64,000 nt of DNA from Clostridia bacterium. GTDB lineage: Bacteria > Bacillota > Clostridia > Oscillospirales > CAG-272. Positions 44,410-52,714 of the stretch are shown piece after piece. The stretch covers positions 29,800 to 93,799 of the forward strand of contig JAFOEU010000024.1 in NCBI GenBank assembly GCA_017387685.1, in the 5' to 3' direction. Made by a program: the position numbers and the translations under genes. The notes below the pieces were generated by a model. The model searched no databases, was not told where the DNA came from, and was given only the letters and a program-made list of their open reading frames with translations. Within the stretch, counting starts at the first letter, position 1. Each line of letters starts with the position of its first letter.

Positions 44410-44690
44410 GTAAGAGGGCAGAGGGCAGAGAGCAGAGGGCAGAGGTAAGGTAAATTTTCGCTGAAGCGAAAATTATTCTTATGATAATTTTGTGCTCTGC
44501 TGATAAAGCCTTATACCCTTGAAGCTCTTTACTGTGCTGAATATAATATAGAATCCCGGATATCTTGAAGCTTTTCTGATATTCGGGATTTTATTTTGCT
44601 CATTATATTATCCCGCCGAAGCATCCGCTCATCTCCGCGTGACATAATTGCAGCACTAATAATTGTCGCCCACGGCGAAAATTATCCTTC
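44410..44690. repeat. Variant composite element: GAGGGCA heptamers in place of CTAG heptamers
   Basis: GTAA-(GAGGGCA/GAGAGCA)x4-GAGGTAAGG-TAAATTTTCGC/tgaa/GCGAAAATTA on the left. The central hairpin is ATCCCGGATATC..GATATTCGGGATTTTATTTT (44551-44597). The right arm is AATTGTCGCC/cac/GGCGAAAATT-ATCCTTC. It starts right at the SBP stop codon. Confidence 0.75.
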
Positions 44691-44737
44691 ATTTTACAGT
44701 TTGCCTCCTACATTCCCTAAAATTTACCGATTTTCAC

Positions 44738-44766
44738 TTGATTGTTAACAAATAATATGATAAAAT
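44738..44766 (+). promoter_or_regulatory. Sigma-70 type promoter for the SBP paralog 5 gene
   Basis: TTGATT - 17 nt - TAAAAT. Confidence 0.5.
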
Positions 44767-44797
44767 TGTTTTAAACTTATCTTTTAAGGAGGATATT

Positions 44798-46354
44798 ATG
44801 AAACTTTACGCAAGAATCATCGCGCTTATTTGCGCAGTTATGATGCTGGTTCCCGCGCTCGCCTCTTGTGCTAACACAAACAGCGGCGATGCAGAAACCA
44901 CCGCTCCCGCGCAGACCGAAGCGAATCCCACAGAAACTACCCCCGAGGTAGACCTCAACCTTGACGATCAGGGCTTCTGGAAAGACGATCTTCCCGATTC
45001 CATCGACTATCAGGATGAGACCGTTACCATTCTCTACTGGTCAGACGTTGAACGTCCCGAGTTTGAGATCACCGAGGAAGAGGCTGACGGCGATATGGTC
45101 AAGGAGGCTATCTACCGCCGTAACATCGCGACAGAAGAGCGCCTCGGCATCACCTATGAGTGGATCGGAACCGACGGTGACTCCGGCGACCGTGCAAAAT
45201 TCACCAACTACGTTCGTAACGCTTTCTCCGGCGGTACATACTACGACATCATTGCTACATACTCCAGAACCGCAGGTATGCTTCTTACCGAAGGCCTCAT
45301 TCAGGATCTCAACGCAATTGAGGACAGCTACATCAACGTAGATCAGCCCTGGTGGCCTAAGTCCATGGTAAATACCTGCTCGATCGACGAATCTCTCTTC
45401 TTCGTTTCGGGTGATATCTCGACCAACGTGCTCCACTTTATGTATGCGATCTACTACAACATGGAGCTTCTCTCCAACCTCAACCTTGAGGATCCCGTAG
45501 CGTACGTTGACAACGGCACCTGGACCATCGACAAGCTCATCGAGTACACCTCCAAGCTTTACATCGACCTTGACCAGGACGGCGGAACCTCCGTTGGTGA
45601 CCAGTACGGCTTCTGCACCACCTACTTCCACCTTGACGCACTCTACACCGGCTCCAATATGATGCTTCTCGTTCCCGGTGACGATAACCATCTCGCAATC
45701 TCCGAGGACTTCTTCGGTCAGAAGACCATCGACCTCGTTGACAAGCTCGGCTCTTGGTTCAAGACAGGCGACACCTACGTCAATCCCTCCGGAGGAGGCC
45801 TTGACTACGACGCTCCCTTCGAGGAGGGCAACGCTCTCTTCTGTCTCAACCGTGTATATATGGCTGACAATCAGTACGGCGGCGGCTCCGCCCCCCTCCG
45901 TAACGCCGATTGGGAATACGGTATCCTTCCCGTTCCGAAGTACGATGAAACTCAGGAAAACTACATCACCGTCGTTGGTAACCCCTTCACTCTCTGGTGT
46001 GTAATGCAGAACGCTAAGGACGCTCAGATGAGCACCGCAGTTATCGAGTGCATGGCTTCCGAGGCTTACCGCAAGACCTCTCCCATGATCTTCGAGAACA
46101 ACATGAAGTACCGCTACACTCCCGACCTTGCAGGTAAGGGTGATTCCGCGCGTATGTTCGATATTGTTCGTGAGTCCATCGCATTCGACCTTGGCAGAAT
46201 CTTCTCCGACATCCTCAGCTTTATGAGTGAAATGCCCTCCAAGACCGCTGCTACCTCCTCCAGCTGGGCTTCTATGAAGGCACAGTACGACAGAACTCTC
46301 AAGAGATCGATGTCCGACCTCAACAAGAGTCTTGACGAGGTTCTTGACAAATAA
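44798..46354 (+). CDS. Extracellular solute-binding lipoprotein (LplA-like SBP family), paralog 5
   Basis: AAGGAGG RBS and lipobox ALASC. Motifs include VDQPWWPKSM, FFVSGDISTN and GILPVPKYDETQENY. Confidence 0.72.
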   Translation: MKLYARIIALICAVMMLVPALASCANTNSGDAETTAPAQTEANPTETTPEVDLNLDDQGFWKDDLPDSIDYQDETVTILYWSDVERPEFEITEEEADGDMVKEAIYRRNIATEERLGITYEWIGTDGDSGDRAKFTNYVRNAFSGGTYYDIIATYSRTAGMLLTEGLIQDLNAIEDSYINVDQPWWPKSMVNTCSIDESLFFVSGDISTNVLHFMYAIYYNMELLSNLNLEDPVAYVDNGTWTIDKLIEYTSKLYIDLDQDGGTSVGDQYGFCTTYFHLDALYTGSNMMLLVPGDDNHLAISEDFFGQKTIDLVDKLGSWFKTGDTYVNPSGGGLDYDAPFEEGNALFCLNRVYMADNQYGGGSAPLRNADWEYGILPVPKYDETQENYITVVGNPFTLWCVMQNAKDAQMSTAVIECMASEAYRKTSPMIFENNMKYRYTPDLAGKGDSARMFDIVRESIAFDLGRIFSDILSFMSEMPSKTAATSSSWASMKAQYDRTLKRSMSDLNKSLDEVLDK

Positions 46355-46418
46355 TTAAACCTATCCGACCGCGCCCGCCCAAGAGCGGTGCGCGGTCGAT
46401 CTTATAGGAGATATAAAA

Positions 46419-47330
46419 ATGAGACTTGCAACATCAACCTGCATCTTCCCCGCACACCGTCAGGGTGGGCGCACACCTCTTGAAGAATCAATTAAAATGT
46501 GTCACGAATGCGGCTTCCGCGTCATCGACCTCAACTGGGGCGGCGCGGGAGGACTCGGCGCAAAGAGCGAGCTTGCGGGCGACGATTGGGAGAGAAATAT
46601 CGACTCCCTCGGCAACCTTGCGGCAAAGCTCGGCATCGAGTTTTCGCAGTCACACATGCCTTTCGATTCCAACCTTTACCGCCCCGAGCAAAAGCTTTCG
46701 GACGAATACCGCGTATGGTTTGCCGAGGCAAGCCGCCGCTGTATCGTTGCATCGGGCAAGCTCGGCGTTCGCTGGGTAGTCACCCACGCGCAGACCGCGA
46801 CCGAGTGCGATGAGATGTCATTTGACGAAAATATGCGCGCGAATATCCACTACTACACTCCCCTTCTTGAACTTGCCAAAAAAGAGGGCACGGGAATCGC
46901 CATTGAAAATATGGCGGAGTTCAATCCGGGAAAGACCAAGCACCGCTTCACTGCCGCGCTTGATGAGCAGATCGCTATCATCGACGCGATGGGCGATCCC
47001 ATTTCCTGCCGTGCTTGTTGGGACTTCGGTCACGCCGAGCTCGTTTACCGCGATCAGGTAAAGCCTCTGCGCAAGCTCGGACACCGTCTCGCTGCAACCC
47101 ACGTTCAGGAATGTGACGGACGTGAGGACGATCACTATCTCCCCTTTGTCCGCGGAAACACAAACTGGGAAGAGATCATGCCCCTTCTCAAAGAGATCGG
47201 CTACGACGGCGACTTCACCTACGAGGTACACGGATTCTACTCCAAGATCCCCGATGACCTGCGAATCGAAGCAGGAAAGCTTGGATATAAGGTGGGAATG
47301 TATTTGATGGAGATGTATGATAAAGCGTGA
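46419..47330 (+). CDS. Sugar phosphate isomerase/epimerase (xylose isomerase-like TIM barrel)
   Basis: 303 aa with an AGGAGA RBS. The metal-ligand pattern is typical (IAIENM.., WDFGHA.., THVQE) for AP_endonuc_2 family proteins. Confidence 0.78.
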   Translation: MRLATSTCIFPAHRQGGRTPLEESIKMCHECGFRVIDLNWGGAGGLGAKSELAGDDWERNIDSLGNLAAKLGIEFSQSHMPFDSNLYRPEQKLSDEYRVWFAEASRRCIVASGKLGVRWVVTHAQTATECDEMSFDENMRANIHYYTPLLELAKKEGTGIAIENMAEFNPGKTKHRFTAALDEQIAIIDAMGDPISCRACWDFGHAELVYRDQVKPLRKLGHRLAATHVQECDGREDDHYLPFVRGNTNWEEIMPLLKEIGYDGDFTYEVHGFYSKIPDDLRIEAGKLGYKVGMYLMEMYDKA

Positions 47331-47337
47331 GAAGAAA

Positions 47338-47621
47338 GTTACTAGTTGCTAGTTGCTAGTTACTAGTTGAAGGAAGATTTTCTCGCTTTGCTCGAAAATC
47401 AGAGTCTACTATAATTTAATTTAGTGTTGATAATTATTCATTCAGTTATATAATTCAACACTTAAAAGAAAAAACTCGGATATTACGAGGCTTCGCCTCG
47501 ATATCCGAGTTTTTTGCTTTGAACGGAATCCGATCCGCGCAGCATATTATTATTGATATAAAATTTTCGCTCCGCGAAAATTTACCTTTTACTAGCAACT
47601 AGCAACTAGTAACTAGCAACT
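47338..47621. repeat. Composite palindromic intergenic element (best-preserved copy)
   Basis: (TTRCTAG)x4-GAAGG-AAGATTTTCTCG..CTCGAAAATC on the left, then an AT-rich hairpin at 47423-47461. The centre is AAAAAACTCGGATAT-TACGAGGC/ttc/GCCTCG-ATATCCGAGTTTTTT (47469-47515). The right arm is AAAATTTTCGC/tcc/GCGAAAATTT-ACCTTTT-(ACTAGYA)x4. The last unit overlaps the stop codon of the GDPD gene. Confidence 0.88.
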
Positions 47622-48403
47622 TACTTTCTAAGTCCCTTCTTCGCAAGATATTCCTGCGCCTTGGGGAGATTATTCGTGGTGAGGTTCACGCAGCGCGCGT
47701 TGATGGCGTTGTCCATCTGTTCCTCGGTGGTGCCGGAGAGGAAGAGGACGAGTCCCTTGCCCTCAACGAAATCCGCACCGTCGAGTGTCTTCTTTACGCT
47801 CTCGGGATCGGTCTTTGAGCCCGGGAGGGATACGCCGTAGAGGCGGTCGTAGATCGACTCGTCAAGACGCTTCATCGAATAGGGCATAAAGGAGAGAGTC
47901 TTGAACTCGGGGTAGTAATCCTGAAGATATTTGAGGGTGGGGCAGTCGCCGGCTTCAATAACGGTGCGCTCGACAAGATCGTACTTGCGGAGCATTTCGA
48001 CCACGATATCAACGCACTGCGGGCGGAAATCCTTGATCTCGACGATGTGGAGAGGCTTATAATCGTAGCTTACGAAAAGATCGAGCGTTTCCTCGAGAGT
48101 GGGGACGCGGCAGCCCTTGAACTGCTCGCCGAACTTGATGCCGGCGTCGAGCTGTTTGATCTCCTCAAGAGTCATAAAGCTGATCGCGCCGAAGCCGTCG
48201 GTGGTGCGCTCGACGGTCTGGTCGTGCATAATTACGGGCACGTTATCGCGGCTGAGGTGAACGTCATATTCAAGAACGTCACAGCCGCCGTCAAGTGCCG
48301 CGCGGAAGGACTCGAGTGTATTTTCGGGGAACAGATCCTTGATACCTCTGTGCGCGGTGATCTGGATATTCTGTCTTGTTGCATCTTCCCATCTGATAGC
48401 CAT
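47621..48403 (-). CDS. Glycerophosphodiester phosphodiesterase family protein
   Basis: AHRG..FPENTLESF..A...G.D.LEYDVHLS.D..PV.MHD.T..RTT.G is the GDPD catalytic signature. Confidence 0.85.
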   Translation of the reverse strand: MAIRWEDATRQNIQITAHRGIKDLFPENTLESFRAALDGGCDVLEYDVHLSRDNVPVIMHDQTVERTTDGFGAISFMTLEEIKQLDAGIKFGEQFKGCRVPTLEETLDLFVSYDYKPLHIVEIKDFRPQCVDIVVEMLRKYDLVERTVIEAGDCPTLKYLQDYYPEFKTLSFMPYSMKRLDESIYDRLYGVSLPGSKTDPESVKKTLDGADFVEGKGLVLFLSGTTEEQMDNAINARCVNLTTNNLPKAQEYLAKKGLRK

Positions 48404-48520
48404 AAGAAAATTTCCTTTCTACTTGTAATTTGTAGGAATTTGTGGTAAAATATTATTGTAATTTCTGAAAATCGGGGCTCGCACCGAATCTTATAACGAG
48501 TCAAAGAATTGAGGACAAAA

Positions 48521-48928
48521 ATGAAAACTTTTACGCTTGACGCGAATATAATGAATCTTGAGAGTGCGCGCGACGCGGATATGATCTGCTTTGTGCCGAC
48601 GGAGGAGTCGCTTCTTCCCTGCCGTGCGGCTTGGAGGGGCGTGCTGATCGATGCGCTTCGCCGCGATGTGCCTGTGACGGCGATAGTCAAGGGCTTTGAC
48701 GGTGCGCTGATGCCCGAACAGTACGATGCGATTTGCGAGTCGCTTTCCTACGTCAGCTTCATCTTCACCGACTCGCGCTCGGCTGAGCTTTTTCTCAAAG
48801 AGCCGACCTTTGATGCGGAGGAGATTCTCCGCAAGATACACAAGCGTTTCGGAGTCTGTTCTGTCATTCTGACCGACGAAGGACTCGCCTTTGACGGAGA
48901 AAAAATCACGAACTTTACGGAGGAATAA
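48521..48928 (+). CDS. Hypothetical protein
   Basis: 135-aa ORF with a GAGGA RBS, tightly followed by the next gene. No family recognised. Confidence 0.4.
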   Translation: MKTFTLDANIMNLESARDADMICFVPTEESLLPCRAAWRGVLIDALRRDVPVTAIVKGFDGALMPEQYDAICESLSYVSFIFTDSRSAELFLKEPTFDAEEILRKIHKRFGVCSVILTDEGLAFDGEKITNFTEE

Positions 48929-48930
48929 TT

Positions 48931-49440
48931 ATGTTTAAGAAAATCGATCCCACCGAGCTTGAAAGCATGAACGCCTTCCGCGCCGTCGGCAAGGAATGGT
49001 TTCTCATCACCGCCGAGGCGGACGGTGTCCGCAACGCCATGACGGCGTCCTGGGGCTTTCTCGGCAACCTTTGGAACAAAAACGCGGCGGTCTGCTTTGT
49101 CCGTCCGCAGAGATTCACCCACACGCTGACCGAAAAGACCGACCGCGTGAGCCTTTGCTTCTTCGGTGACGGCTACCGCACGGAGCTCGGCAAGATCTTC
49201 GGCAGAATGAGCGGCAAGGATCTTGACAAAGCCGCAGAAGCGGGCTTCCACTACACCTACCTCGACGGTGTTCCCGCATTTGAGGAGGCAGGGCTCGTTC
49301 TCGTTTGCCGCAAGATGTATACGGATAAGATAAAGCACGAAAACTTTATCGATCACGAAGCCGACGAAAAGTGCTATCCCGCGAAGGACTATCACACGGT
49401 TTATGTGTGTGAGGTTGAGGCGGCGTATTTGAATATGTAA
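48931..49440 (+). CDS. Flavin reductase family protein (FMN-binding split barrel)
   Basis: GGAGGA RBS. The pattern F..VGKEWFLITA......NAMTASWG..G.LW......CFVRPQR.T is typical of the family. Confidence 0.72.
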   Translation: MFKKIDPTELESMNAFRAVGKEWFLITAEADGVRNAMTASWGFLGNLWNKNAAVCFVRPQRFTHTLTEKTDRVSLCFFGDGYRTELGKIFGRMSGKDLDKAAEAGFHYTYLDGVPAFEEAGLVLVCRKMYTDKIKHENFIDHEADEKCYPAKDYHTVYVCEVEAAYLNM

Positions 49441-49825
49441 TGATTAAGGTAAATTTCCGCCGAAAGGCGGAAATTTTCTTTTTATTTTATTTGGCGCGCC
49501 CTTCGGGCGCGGGGGGACATAGCACAATCCTTCCCTACATTCGGGAAGGATTGACTATGTCCAAAATCGAGAAGCAAAGCTTCACGATTTTGAAGCGCGG
49601 TGGCGAGACCTGAAGGTCTCGCATTAAATCGAGACGCTGTCTCGAGCTCTGCAACCTTTTAAAAAAGGTTGACCAAAAATTTCCGCGGGAGTTATTTTTA
49701 AAAATCGAAAATTTCCGAGCCACGCGAGGAAATTAACCTTCATTTTGCCGAAGGCAAATTATCACTCTCGCAAAGCGAGATTATCACTCCGCCGAAGGCG
49801 GATTATCATTCGCGCGAAGCGCGAC
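49441..49825. repeat. 385-bp non-coding region made of at least 12 consecutive hairpins, ending in a 22-nt mini-hairpin unit array
   Basis: AAATTTCCGCC/gaaa/GGCGGAAATTT plus a T tract serves as the terminator of the + gene. Further hairpins are GGCGCGCCC/ttc/GGGCGCG, a long stem at 49516-49561, AAAATCGAGAAGC/aaa/GCTTCACGATTTT, GCGAGACC/tgaa/GGTCTCGC, TCGAGAC/gctg/TCTCGA and CAACCTTTT/AAAAGGTTG. The array at 49745-49823 then has four hairpins separated by ATTATCAYT. Confidence 0.8.
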
Positions 49826-51100
49826 TTACAGATTAAAGGCTACTTCGATCTCTCTGATCTCCTCGGGGCTGATCGGTACGATTGTGCCGTTCATTGCAGC
49901 GATATCGCAGAGGGATTCTGCGCCGAACTCGAGTACCTCGAGGCGGTCGTATGCGTTGAGAAGCGATGTGCCGCCGACGATCACGCAGTCGTTTTCAACG
50001 ATTGCGATGGGCGACTTGATGCTGATAGAATCAACGATCTTTTCGGGTGCGTTTTCGATAGTTCCGAAGGGATGGCGGACGGTGTTACGAAGGCAGATAT
50101 ATCCCTCGGGGATGAGATGTGAGTTGAACTCCGCATCGGTGACTGCGAACGCCATAATGTAGGGTGCGCGTGCGAACGCAATGCTATCGATATCGTCGCG
50201 TGCGGCGAAGATCTCGCCCGCGATCTTTGCGAAATCAGAGGGCACCTTGCCCGCCTCGCAACGGTCGCCCTCAACGCGAACGTGCATATCGGGGGTGAGG
50301 TTGAGAAGATCCTCGTCATCGGGAGTGATGATGAAGCCGCCCTCTACCTTCTTTGCGAACGCGCCGACGCCCATCGTGAATATCTTATTGCGGCAGCAGC
50401 GCGCACACATTGCGCTCATTTCCTCACGGATAGCGGTCTCGTTATCTGCGCCGAGAGTTGCCTCGTATGTCTTGGGAGAATTCTTTACTGCAAGCTGATC
50501 TGCGGTGAGCTCCTTGGCTTCCTTTTTGAGCATTGCGGCAGCAACGCCGGTTCTTGCCGCGTAATCGAGCGCTTCGAACATCATAAATGCGCGCTCAAGG
50601 CTTTCTGCGCCGAGAACTACGCCGTGGTTTTCAAGCAGAACGGTGTCGCATCCCTCTGCAAACTTCTCCGCGATCTTGTCGCCGAGCTTCTTCGAGCCGG
50701 GGAGGGCGTACTTTGCGATTGCGATCTTACCGCAAAGCTTCGAAACGCCGGGCATAATATCGAGCTTCGGGAGCATTCTCTCAAGGCTGTATGCAACGAG
50801 TGCCGCAGGATGCGCGTGGAAAACTGCCTTGAGGTCGGGGCGGGAGCGAAGGACTGCGAGGTGGAAGGGGTACTCGGTCGAAGGGCGGTGCTTACCGTGA
50901 ACAACGCCGTCGGGGGTCACCCACATAATATCGTCAGCGGTGAGATGAGCCTTGTCAACGCCCGAGGGGGATATCCACATAACGCCGTCGTCGTCCATTA
51001 TGGAAAGGTTGCCGCCCGAGGTGGTGGTGAGCTTGTTGGTGTAAAGTCTTGTCATTATGTAGGCAATCTTTTCAGCCGATGTCATATTGAGCAATTTCAT
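49826..51100 (-). CDS. Class II aldolase/adducin family protein, tandem two-domain form
   Basis: The N-terminal domain has TSGGNLS, ISPSG and HAHP motifs. The second ~200-aa half has the same fold pattern but lacks the His cluster. Confidence 0.75.
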   Translation of the reverse strand: MKLLNMTSAEKIAYIMTRLYTNKLTTTSGGNLSIMDDDGVMWISPSGVDKAHLTADDIMWVTPDGVVHGKHRPSTEYPFHLAVLRSRPDLKAVFHAHPAALVAYSLERMLPKLDIMPGVSKLCGKIAIAKYALPGSKKLGDKIAEKFAEGCDTVLLENHGVVLGAESLERAFMMFEALDYAARTGVAAAMLKKEAKELTADQLAVKNSPKTYEATLGADNETAIREEMSAMCARCCRNKIFTMGVGAFAKKVEGGFIITPDDEDLLNLTPDMHVRVEGDRCEAGKVPSDFAKIAGEIFAARDDIDSIAFARAPYIMAFAVTDAEFNSHLIPEGYICLRNTVRHPFGTIENAPEKIVDSISIKSPIAIVENDCVIVGGTSLLNAYDRLEVLEFGAESLCDIAAMNGTIVPISPEEIREIEVAFNL

Positions 51101-51185
51101 TTGGATTTCTCCTTAATAAATAATATATAATAGAATTATATCACATCTTTGCCGTCATTTCAAGAGGTGGAGGATTGTTTTATGA

Positions 51186-51222
51186 AAAAACCGCTTCATC
51201 GCGATTGATGAAGCGGTGTTCT
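51186..51222 (-). terminator. Rho-independent terminator after the GH-like gene
   Basis: The minus strand reads ACCGCTTCATCA-ATCGC-GATGAAGCGGT followed by TTTTTTC. Confidence 0.75.
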
Positions 51223-51223
51223 T

Positions 51224-52666
51224 TTATACTTTTTCAATCCTATAAAGCACAAACGCGTAATTTTCAAGTGAGAAAACATGCTTGAAAACTCCGTCTGCAC
51301 CGACCTTGCGGATGACTTCGCCGGTCTGCTCGAGCGTTTTGCCGTCGCAAGCGGGACAAGTCACGCAATTGTTATGCTTGGCATCGCAAAGGTGACCCTT
51401 GATGACGTATTCGCCCGCAGGCAGACCCTCGATCTCAAGCTCGCCGATGTCGGGCTCGCCCGAAGGGTTGACGGCAAGAACGAAGATTTCCTTTTCGTCC
51501 TCTGCGGCAACGGCGCAATATTCGAGATCGCGCGCGGAGTTTTCCGATACGCTGACGCCAAGGCGGTCGCCCGCGATGCTGTGAAGCATCTTTATCGCAA
51601 CACCGTTCGGTGTCATCGCGTAGCTGCCGTCCTCGCAAAGCAGGAACTGCGTGTAGGATATCTGCAGATTCGGGTTGTGGAAGGTGCACCAGGGGAAGGG
51701 ATAAAGCTCGGGCTCATCCTCGCATCCGAGCGCGAGGAGATAGGTGATCAGCCCCGCGGCGTTGTAGATCGAGTCGCCGTCGATGCCCGTGGTCTTTGCT
51801 CTGCCGAGCTCGTTGAGGAAGACCTTGCGCTTCGGCAGACCGAAATCAGCAAGCATTTCGTTGTGCAGCTTCAGAATATGACGTAGCTTGTTCACGCCCG
51901 AAAGGCGCGCGACCTCATAATTCTTCTTCATAATGAGATTCGCCGTCGCGCCGGTGTCGTAGTGGTGATAGGAATAGAAATCCATCTCAACGCCCGACGC
52001 TTTGAGTCCCGCGACGATATCGCGCATCATGCCCCAGACCGTGATCGGATGCGCCGCGGCAAATCCGCCGAGCTCGAGGGGGAGATCATAATTATGCTTT
52101 TCATTGAGCCTCTTGACCGCGCGGTGGGCGCAGAGGTAGATATTTACGTATTCCTCGGCGGTAAGCAGACCAAAGGAACGAATATCGACCTCGTTACAGC
52201 ACTCGATATAGCGGATGTTCGGTGCAAGCTCTTTACAATATTCGACAGCCTTCTCGAATATACTTTCATATTCGTCAAATGTAATCACGCCGTCGGACAC
52301 TTCGCGCTCGAGCCTGCGGACGTTGAGCAGAAGCTCGTCCGCCTCTTTTGCGTGAGAAGTAAGATAGGCTTTGAATCGCGTTCCCGACGGTGCGGGGACG
52401 ATGTTTTTCCAATCGTAGGGGTAATGCAGTTCTTCGGCAGGATAACGCGCCACGCCGATGTCGTAGTCGGGATAAAATTCATTTGTTCTGTAATCCCAAT
52501 ACTCGTCAAGGGTGATCCAAACGCGCATTATCTCGGCTCTGCCGATCTCTTTTGCCATATAAGCGGGGAAATCCTCGGGCGGCGAATAACGCAAGGTACT
52601 GTTCTGCCACTTCGTGGGATCAATGTATCTGCCAAGTTTTTCGGAACGGTTGACTTTGATTTTCAT
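51224..52666 (-). CDS. Glycoside hydrolase-like TIM-barrel protein (GH39/GH5-clan-like)
   Basis: 480 aa and cytoplasmic, with no signal peptide. Candidate acid/base and nucleophile motifs are IECCNEVD and FLNELG. The family assignment is tentative. Confidence 0.5.
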   Translation of the reverse strand: MKIKVNRSEKLGRYIDPTKWQNSTLRYSPPEDFPAYMAKEIGRAEIMRVWITLDEYWDYRTNEFYPDYDIGVARYPAEELHYPYDWKNIVPAPSGTRFKAYLTSHAKEADELLLNVRRLEREVSDGVITFDEYESIFEKAVEYCKELAPNIRYIECCNEVDIRSFGLLTAEEYVNIYLCAHRAVKRLNEKHNYDLPLELGGFAAAHPITVWGMMRDIVAGLKASGVEMDFYSYHHYDTGATANLIMKKNYEVARLSGVNKLRHILKLHNEMLADFGLPKRKVFLNELGRAKTTGIDGDSIYNAAGLITYLLALGCEDEPELYPFPWCTFHNPNLQISYTQFLLCEDGSYAMTPNGVAIKMLHSIAGDRLGVSVSENSARDLEYCAVAAEDEKEIFVLAVNPSGEPDIGELEIEGLPAGEYVIKGHLCDAKHNNCVTCPACDGKTLEQTGEVIRKVGADGVFKHVFSLENYAFVLYRIEKV

Positions 52667-52714
52667 TGTTAGATCCTTTCTCATTTATAAGTACATATTG
52701 ATTTTGCTTGCGGT

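Noticed and set aside
44410-44444. GAGGGCA repeat as a G-quadruplex-forming sequence
   Set aside because: There are only three GGG runs plus interrupted GAGAG/GAGG. That is not enough for a canonical four-tract G4, and homology of context to the CTAG arrays is the simpler explanation.
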